64,000 bases of DNA from Candidatus Micrarchaeota archaeon. GTDB taxonomy: Archaea; Micrarchaeota; Micrarchaeia; Anstonellales; Bilamarchaeaceae. The notes beneath the pieces are model-generated. The model saw only the letters and a program-made list of their open reading frames with translations, was not told the origin of the DNA and searched no databases. The position numbers were made by a program, and so were the translations under genes. Below, in pieces: positions 57,328-64,000 of the stretch; positions within the stretch are counted from its first letter, which is position 1, and each line of letters starts with the position of its first letter. Where the stretch lies: contig JBBSVN010000003.1 in the NCBI GenBank assembly GCA_038046765.1, forward strand, positions 64,001-128,000, given 5' to 3'.

Positions 57328-58305
57328 CTAAAAACTCATTACATATTCAACTCCCTTAATTACTTTTCCAGCATCGGGGAAGAAATAATCCTCTAATTTT
57401 GGTAATGGAGTTACAACATCGTAAGCGGTTACACGCTTTACTGGTGCCTTGAGGTCTAATAAAGCTTTTTCATTTATTCTTGCAATTACTTCCGCGCCTA
57501 CACCAAGATTACGAGGAGCTTCATGAACAACTACGCATCGTCCGGTTTTTTTAACCGAGTTAATGATGGTTTCAGTATCAAGTGGAGCAACGGTTCTAAG
57601 GTCGATTATTTCACAGTTAACATTTTTCTGTTTTAATTGTTCGGCAGCATCCATACAAACTCGAACCATCGCGCCATAAGTTACTAGTGTTACATCGCTT
57701 CCTTCCTGAACGATTTTAGCCTGCCCAAATGGAATTGAATACCTTTCTTCTGGTACTTCTTCCTTAAATGCTCGATAAAGTCTTTTTGGTTCAAAGAACA
57801 TTACTGGATCTTCGCTATCTAATGCTGAAACAAGTAATCCCTTTGCGTCATATGGGCCAGAAGGTATTGCAACAATAATACCTGCGTTATGAGCGTATAA
57901 TGTTTCGGGCGCTTCGCTGTGATGCTCTAAAGCTCGAACACCTCCACCATAAGGAGATCGAATTATAATTGGACATTTATGGCTTCCATTAGACCGTGTT
58001 CTAAATCGAACCATGTGTGAAACAATATGATCATACGCAGGCGGGATAAACCCTTCAAACTGCATTTCGCAAACAGGTTTAAGTCCGTAAGCTGCCATGC
58101 CAATTGCGCATCCAATTATTCCAGCTTCAGATAAGGGAGTATCAATTACGCGAGTTTCACCATACTTTTTAATTAAACCATCAGTTACACGGAAAACTCC
58201 GCCATCATAACCAACGTCTTCGCCCATAACGACAATCTTTTCGTTTTTTGCCATTTCTGACATTAAAGTAGAATTAATTGCTTCGACTAAATTCATTTTT
58301 ACCAT
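57328..58305 (-). CDS. pdhB: 2-oxoacid (pyruvate) dehydrogenase E1 beta
   Basis: GEDVG..GGVFR, DTPLSE, EHHS, FEPK, IDLRT. Confidence 0.95.
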   Translation of the reverse strand: MVKMNLVEAINSTLMSEMAKNEKIVVMGEDVGYDGGVFRVTDGLIKKYGETRVIDTPLSEAGIIGCAIGMAAYGLKPVCEMQFEGFIPPAYDHIVSHMVRFRTRSNGSHKCPIIIRSPYGGGVRALEHHSEAPETLYAHNAGIIVAIPSGPYDAKGLLVSALDSEDPVMFFEPKRLYRAFKEEVPEERYSIPFGQAKIVQEGSDVTLVTYGAMVRVCMDAAEQLKQKNVNCEIIDLRTVAPLDTETIINSVKKTGRCVVVHEAPRNLGVGAEVIARINEKALLDLKAPVKRVTAYDVVTPLPKLEDYFFPDAGKVIKGVEYVMSF

Positions 58306-58326
58306 AGCATAATCACCAGAGAAAAA

Positions 58327-59418
58327 TTACTGCACAGCACCCTTTTCTTTAAGGTATGTTGAGAGTTCATTCATTTGTTCAACTAAATGCGGAGGCATTT
58401 TAGCATAAGTATATTTGAACATATCTTCGTAGTTATCGAGCTTTTCATTTTCAGCTTCTTCAACTGCTTTTTCAATGTCTGCAGTTATTTTTTCTGCGGT
58501 TCGCTTTTCCATATCTTCATTCCAATAACCGTTTCGCTCTAAGTATATCCTAAATCTTTTTATCGGATCCTTTGCTTCCCATTGCTTTACATCATCAGAT
58601 GATCGATATTTAGTCGGATCATCAGCAGTAGTGTGTAAACTCATACGGTAAGTTACTGCTTCAATTAAAGTTGCGCCTTCGCCGCGCTTGGCCCGATCAT
58701 AAGCTTCCTTTGTGACTTTATAAACTCCTAAAACATCATTACCATCAACTTGAACGCTTGCAACATTGTAGGCTAAACCTTTTTGAGCGATTGTTTTAGA
58801 TGCGGTCTGTCTTGATCTTGGAAGCGAAATTGCCCATTGATTATTTTGACAAAACAATATCGATGGGGTTTTGAAAACTCCTGCAAAATTCATCGCAGCG
58901 TGGAAATCGCCTTCGCTTGTTCCGCCATCTCCAAAGTAAGAAATGGTTGCAATATTGTGTTTTAAAATTTTTGATGCCCATGCAATTCCAACACCATGTA
59001 ATGCTTGAGAGGCAATTGGAATTGAAACCATCAAATTATTTTTATAAGACCCTTCCATTTTCATTCCTTTTTCGCTTCCCATCCAATAAGTAAATAAATT
59101 TTTTAGTGATAAGCCTCTCCATAAATAAACTGCGTGTTCTCGATAACTTGGAATCATCCAATCTTCTTGGTTAAATGGAGCGATACTTCCAACCTGGGCT
59201 GCTTCCTGGCCTAAAGAAGGTGGATAAGTAACTAGTCTTCCTTGTCGCTGTAATTTTAAGCATTTATCATTAAACATTCTAGTGAGTAACATTGCAACGT
59301 ACATCCTAAGCAACATATCTTTTGGTAGCTTTGGATCTAGATTTTCGTCGATATTTCCATCTTTGTCTAATACTTGTACGTAGTTTATACTACCTTCGAA
59401 TACTTTTTCAATAGGCAC
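58327..59418 (-). CDS. pdhA: 2-oxoacid (pyruvate) dehydrogenase E1 alpha
   Basis: QRQGR, GQEA, ThDP motif GDG...NN, HTTADDP. Confidence 0.95.
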   Translation of the reverse strand: MPIEKVFEGSINYVQVLDKDGNIDENLDPKLPKDMLLRMYVAMLLTRMFNDKCLKLQRQGRLVTYPPSLGQEAAQVGSIAPFNQEDWMIPSYREHAVYLWRGLSLKNLFTYWMGSEKGMKMEGSYKNNLMVSIPIASQALHGVGIAWASKILKHNIATISYFGDGGTSEGDFHAAMNFAGVFKTPSILFCQNNQWAISLPRSRQTASKTIAQKGLAYNVASVQVDGNDVLGVYKVTKEAYDRAKRGEGATLIEAVTYRMSLHTTADDPTKYRSSDDVKQWEAKDPIKRFRIYLERNGYWNEDMEKRTAEKITADIEKAVEEAENEKLDNYEDMFKYTYAKMPPHLVEQMNELSTYLKEKGAVQ

Positions 59419-59605
59419 GTTTTCACCTTTATTTTAATATTAATAATACTAGCATGAGAATAGGATTAGGTCTTTATTAGAAAAGAAAGCATTTAAATAA
59501 TTTATTATTTGACTTCGTGAATTGACGATATCTAAACTGAGCACCAGAAGGTTTAAAATTAGAATAAGAACAGGTTATTAAGAAGCATTTATTTAGGTGA
59601 TATTT

Positions 59606-60175
59606 ATGGCTATGGCAATTAAGGAAAAGGAAGTAGAATTTACTGCGAATACTGCAACTTGGTTGAAAAATGAATTAGGAAATAATAGCTTTGATTTACT
59701 TTCTAAAGGACTTAAGGATAGCTCGGTTTTCAGAAAGGATGTACCAAAGGGTATGAGCGCAGATACTTTTAGTAAAGTAAATCTAATCGCATCAAGTAGT
59801 AACTCGGATTCACCTCTTTTAAAATTGAATAAAGAAACTGGGAAATATTATATGAATGACAAAATGATTGCAGAATATCGAAAAGCAGATAATTCAGAAA
59901 TAGCAGCTAGATCGAAAGAAATCAAGTTTGAACATTTAGGGAGAACAATTCCAGTAAAATTAAAAGACATGACAACAGTTAGAGTAAGTGCAGCACCAGA
60001 GAAAAAAATAGTTTTTGAAAAAGGTTTAGAAATAAAAGGTAAAATAAAACCAAAAGATAAAGGAGAACTTACGGTTGATCAACATTTAAAAGAAAGGGAA
60101 CAAACTACAAAACAAGTTAAAGAATACTTTCAAGCGATTGTAGATCCGATAAAGGGTAAAAAGAAGGACGCGTAA
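59606..60175 (+). CDS. Hypothetical protein
   Basis: AGGTGA RBS. Confidence 0.65.
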   Translation: MAMAIKEKEVEFTANTATWLKNELGNNSFDLLSKGLKDSSVFRKDVPKGMSADTFSKVNLIASSSNSDSPLLKLNKETGKYYMNDKMIAEYRKADNSEIAARSKEIKFEHLGRTIPVKLKDMTTVRVSAAPEKKIVFEKGLEIKGKIKPKDKGELTVDQHLKEREQTTKQVKEYFQAIVDPIKGKKKDA

Positions 60176-60191
60176 ACAAACAGTTTTTTAG

Positions 60192-60785
60192 TTATGCGAT
60201 CTTATCCAAAAAATACTTTGGTTCATTACCAACTTTCCATTTTATCGAGCAACCCATGCTCGGCATTGTTTCAACAGAAGAATTCCCTGTTTCTAAAACT
60301 TGTTTTATCGCATTTTCTAGATCATTTGATTTTGCATTTTCATTAGGTTGTTTGTGCGCGTCATCGATTCTGCCATGATAAACTAATCTTCTTTGTTCAT
60401 CAAATAAATAAGGATCAGGCGTGCACATGGCACCATACTTCTTTGCTACTTCCTGTGTCGGATCGTGCAAATATGGAAAATTAAAACCTTGCTCCATCGC
60501 AGTTTTTGTCATTCCTTCAAAACTATCTTCCGGATGATGAGTTGGATCATTTGGATTAATTGCAACTACATCTAATCCTTTATCCATGTACCTTACTTTT
60601 AATTTTTTTAGGTATTGTATTTTTGGTAGGACATATGGACAATGATTACAAATGAAAATAACTAATAAAACTGGTTTTCCAAAATCTCTTAATGAGTAAG
60701 ATTTGCCACTTATTGATCTTAAACTAAAATCCGGAGCTTGATCTAATCTTTTAAGAACTTTATAAGTAGAAGTTACTAGTACCAT
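60192..60785 (-). CDS. Thioredoxin-like AhpC/TSA family protein
   Basis: FICNHCPYV, YGAMCTPD, GRIDD, GCSIKW. Confidence 0.93.
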   Translation of the reverse strand: MVLVTSTYKVLKRLDQAPDFSLRSISGKSYSLRDFGKPVLLVIFICNHCPYVLPKIQYLKKLKVRYMDKGLDVVAINPNDPTHHPEDSFEGMTKTAMEQGFNFPYLHDPTQEVAKKYGAMCTPDPYLFDEQRRLVYHGRIDDAHKQPNENAKSNDLENAIKQVLETGNSSVETMPSMGCSIKWKVGNEPKYFLDKIA

Positions 60786-60892
60786 TGTACACCACCCGAG
60801 TTTTAATTTTGATTGATATAGATCGTATAATCGATCAACAAATAAGAAGTTAACTAAAATTATTAAAATGAGAAAATCTTTTAGGTGAACGG

Positions 60893-61168
60893 ATGGTCAA
60901 ATTCGAACAAGGAATTTTAAGAAGAAGTGTAAGAGCAGTACACACGGATCAAGAATTTTTATATCGAATCAAAGGACTAAATCCACCAATTCTTCACTGA
61001 AGATACAAACTACTTATAGATAGATTAGATGATAATAGCGGAGGAATAATATTGAAAGGAACATATAGTGAAGTTAAAGAAAAACTAAACGGTCAGCCAT
61101 TTGAAAAAATGGGATTAGTTATGTTATCCGAAGCAGCTAAAGCGATTGCTGAACCAAGGATGAAATAA
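60893..61168 (+). pseudogene. Reading frame of 92 codons with one internal TGA (60998-61000)
   Basis: Not in track. AGGTGA RBS; MVKFEQG...PPILH*RYKLL...EPRMK. Confidence 0.55.
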
Positions 61169-61173
61169 ATTAA

Positions 61174-62331
61174 TTAAAAATAACTAGATAGTTTCCTTTG
61201 AACATTTAATTCCTTAAGTAGAACACTTTGTGCTTTGAACCTTGAAAACGGCAATTTTAATTTTGATTTAATGTAATTTGTTGCTGAGCCTAAATCATAA
61301 AACTCTTTTGGTTTTGTTTCTAAAGCGTGCATAGTTTCCATTCGACAAAGCCAAACACCAGTTGGAATGTAACCTTGCCAAGCTTCACGAAACACTATCG
61401 CTCCTGCCTGCTTTTTTTCTTGTGCTAATTTTTTACAAACTTCCATTTTTACAGAATAATAGCATCCACCTACACTAGAATATTCTTTCTTAGGCCGGTT
61501 TGTTTCGTAATCGCTAAAAATTACTTCTTCTTTGTCCATTACATGAATAAATGATTCCATCCATTCGTATTGCCAAGCGGTTGGAACTAAAAGAATTGCA
61601 AAATAATTATTTAATGCAGAAAATTCATAAACTCTGTAAGTTTCAATTGTTGGATTGTGTCTTACTTGCGCTAGAAAATGATCTGCAAGTATTGAATCAG
61701 CAGCAGTAATACTCCAACGTGTTGGAACTAGTTTTCTATTTTTTTCTAAGCCAAATGAACCCGTAGATAATGCTTTTTGAATCTGTGAAAAGTCGACTTT
61801 ATTTTTGAATAGATCGATTACTGCTTCTTTTGACCGTAAATCGGTATCGTAATGTGCTTTTTCTAAGTTATGTTCAAATTTTACATTACCAATATCAAAC
61901 TTATCGAGCGCGGCACTAGGACCAAATGGCGCATGGTCATCGTTAAATGTAAATCCTTTAGGTTTACTATGAAACTCTGCTTCGCTTTCAACAGAATTTT
62001 TAGCTAGGGAAATTTCTTGTAAATTATTAACTAATTTATTTTTTAGGTCGTTAATTGAAACAGTGCTTTTGCCACGAACTAAGTTAAGACGAAATTGAAC
62101 GATGTCTTCGATTTTTTTATTATTAGAAATCCAATGTTCGGGAGCATCGAGTATTGATGTATCCCCGTATTCGTTACTCATCATTGGCCCAACGTAAACT
62201 TTGGGATATCCGAAACTTCCGATAAAGACTGATGGCGGGCTAGTTCCTTCTAGCTTTTCTCCTACTTCTACGCTTCGAAATTGCATTTTTGAAGTAAGTT
62301 TTTTTAAGTAAGCAGATTTGCCAAAGGACAT
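61174..62331 (-). CDS. nreA: Archaeal DNA repair protein Nre
   Basis: SPPSVFIG..GYPKV, LVPTRWSITA, GGCYY, C-terminal PIP box QRKLSSYF. Confidence 0.92.
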   Translation of the reverse strand: MSFGKSAYLKKLTSKMQFRSVEVGEKLEGTSPPSVFIGSFGYPKVYVGPMMSNEYGDTSILDAPEHWISNNKKIEDIVQFRLNLVRGKSTVSINDLKNKLVNNLQEISLAKNSVESEAEFHSKPKGFTFNDDHAPFGPSAALDKFDIGNVKFEHNLEKAHYDTDLRSKEAVIDLFKNKVDFSQIQKALSTGSFGLEKNRKLVPTRWSITAADSILADHFLAQVRHNPTIETYRVYEFSALNNYFAILLVPTAWQYEWMESFIHVMDKEEVIFSDYETNRPKKEYSSVGGCYYSVKMEVCKKLAQEKKQAGAIVFREAWQGYIPTGVWLCRMETMHALETKPKEFYDLGSATNYIKSKLKLPFSRFKAQSVLLKELNVQRKLSSYF

Positions 62332-62375
62332 GATAGAATATACTGGATTAAATTAAAAAAGAGAATGAAAAAAAA

Positions 62376-62957
62376 TTAATTTGGAGTATGCGCTTTATCA
62401 ATATCAGCTTTCTCAATTACCTGATCTAAAATCGGGGTAGTTGCATCATAAAAACGACCTAGTAATTTATGTAACTTGTGATCTAGATATCTAGCTAAAG
62501 CGATGGGTATAGTTCCACCAAATACAAAAATGAATGCTGATGCATAAATTAGTTTACTACTTAATTGATTTGTAGTAAGTGCAGAATGTTTATCTAATTG
62601 TTTTGTTATAATTAAATAACCTAAAGAAATAGCACCTAGCAACATTATTGATGAACCTTTAAGCATCAAGAAAATATCTATTTTGTTGTAACTTTCAATT
62701 AATTTATTAATTTTATCGTGCAATTCTTGGGTTTGAGTTATCAAACTGAGTCTCACAGACCTAATTCTTAGAGGTTGATGAGCTGCTGAACTATTGCTAG
62801 TTAGGGAAGATATGTTTTCTAAGTTTTTCAACTCTTCTTCAACAGTTCTTTTTTCTTTGACAAAAGTTTTTATGCTTTCTAATAGAACAGAAATTCTGCC
62901 AAATCTTTTAACAGGAAGTTTAGTTTCTGATTGAGATTGTATATGTAACGTTTTCAT
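62376..62957 (-). CDS. 2-TM hypothetical protein
   Basis: Hydropathy pattern. Confidence 0.6.
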   Translation of the reverse strand: MKTLHIQSQSETKLPVKRFGRISVLLESIKTFVKEKRTVEEELKNLENISSLTSNSSAAHQPLRIRSVRLSLITQTQELHDKINKLIESYNKIDIFLMLKGSSIMLLGAISLGYLIITKQLDKHSALTTNQLSSKLIYASAFIFVFGGTIPIALARYLDHKLHKLLGRFYDATTPILDQVIEKADIDKAHTPN

Positions 62958-63060
62958 AAATAAGAATACTCATCCAACCTTTAAATATCTATCGTTTTTT
63001 ACCTTTTTTAGCGACTTTAATTAAAATCCACTTAAAAATATAGAAGATAATAAATAGAAC

Positions 63061-63117
63061 GGTCAGTAGATTGACTGATTTTGGTGAGTTTTGGTCAGCA
63101 GATTGACCGATTATGGT
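63061..63117. repeat. Two tandem 25-bp palindrome-containing repeats (period 32)
   Basis: GGTCAGTAGATTGACTGATTTTGGT and GGTCAGCAGATTGACCGATTATGGT. Confidence 0.8.
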
Positions 63118-63130
63118 TTTGACAATTATT

Positions 63131-63952
63131 TTAAAGCCCGATTAAAGCCTTAATCAAAAATGGCAGTAAAGCAATAATTCCTATAATTAAAGTAAAGTAA
63201 TAAAATTTAATCTTCTTAGCTAATTCAAGCATAAATGACATCATTAAATATGCACTTATTGTTGAAGCGATTATCCCAACTAAAATTACAGGAAAACTTA
63301 GGTTAAAACCATCTATAAAGTTAAAACCAAGTATTGCAAGAGCAATCATAGGGATACTCATGATAAAACTTAGTCTAACCGCTCGAACTTGATCAATATT
63401 AGAAAGTAATAGGGCAGATTCAGTTATCCCACTCCTACTTATACCGGGTAAAACTGCTAAGCCTTGAGCTAAACCAGTAAATATTGTTGTTTTAAGGTTA
63501 AGCTCCTTATTTCCTGTTTGTGCTTTTGAAAAATACATTATCGCACTCATTACAAGCATAATTAGACCAACAACTGCAAGAAATGTAGTTCCAGTTAATT
63601 CGCTAAAACTATCCTTTACAGATAAATATAGTGGGAGCGCAACAATCGCAGTAAAAAATAATGAAATTATCATGAAGTAGAACAGACGTTTGTCTTCGCT
63701 TAAACTTGAAAAATTCTTTAGGTCTTCAACATCTGGCCTTATAAATAGCATAATAAAAAGTTCCTGCCTAAAAAGATAGATTGAAGCAATAAGATCTCCT
63801 ATATGGACAATTATTGCAAAAGCTAGAAGGTCGTTAAAAGGTAAATTATAAAGAAGAGTGCCGAATAATAAAACTTGCGTCTTACTACTAACAGGTATCC
63901 ACGCGCTAATTCCCTGAATTATTCCTAATACTATTGCTTGAAAAATGTCCAT
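63131..63952 (-). CDS. uppP: Undecaprenyl-diphosphate phosphatase (BacA family)
   Basis: GIIQG...PVSS, PGISRSGIT, SF.MSIP. Confidence 0.88.
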   Translation of the reverse strand: MDIFQAIVLGIIQGISAWIPVSSKTQVLLFGTLLYNLPFNDLLAFAIIVHIGDLIASIYLFRQELFIMLFIRPDVEDLKNFSSLSEDKRLFYFMIISLFFTAIVALPLYLSVKDSFSELTGTTFLAVVGLIMLVMSAIMYFSKAQTGNKELNLKTTIFTGLAQGLAVLPGISRSGITESALLLSNIDQVRAVRLSFIMSIPMIALAILGFNFIDGFNLSFPVILVGIIASTISAYLMMSFMLELAKKIKFYYFTLIIGIIALLPFLIKALIGL

Positions 63953-64000
63953 ATAAGAGATTATGACTAAAACTTTAAATAATATCTTTGGGCTTAAAAG

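Overview
AT-rich archaeal chromosome segment. Archaeal markers: Dph5, Rpp21, NreA, archaeal-type uL11, a tRNA-Asn with a BHB intron, TATA boxes and GGTGA ribosome-binding sites. The mix of bacterial-type genes (class II Fba, GlpX, PDH E1/E2, NrdR, UppP) and many lineage-specific orphans suggests a DPANN archaeon, probably Micrarchaeota-like; that assignment is inference. Most of the window is housekeeping, redox and membrane genes, plus several small ORFs and pseudogenes missing from the ORF track. Most notable observations: (1) an unannotated ~400-nt multi-helix, pseudoknotted minus-strand RNA candidate with its own TATA box (23336-23740), facing two basic tandem paralogues; (2) a naturally circularly permuted DsbA beside a canonical DsbA; (3) a toxin-antitoxin-rich island (38.1-45.5 kb) bracketed by inward-facing paralogues, with a repeated promoter/RBS/start cassette and a recurring motif at gene junctions, resembling a cassette array; (4) tRNA-Asn 3'-end repeats, each paired with a different hairpin; (5) further structured intergenic elements. 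No CRISPR array, rRNA, transposase or integrase was seen. All structures were paired by eye and no database searches were run.
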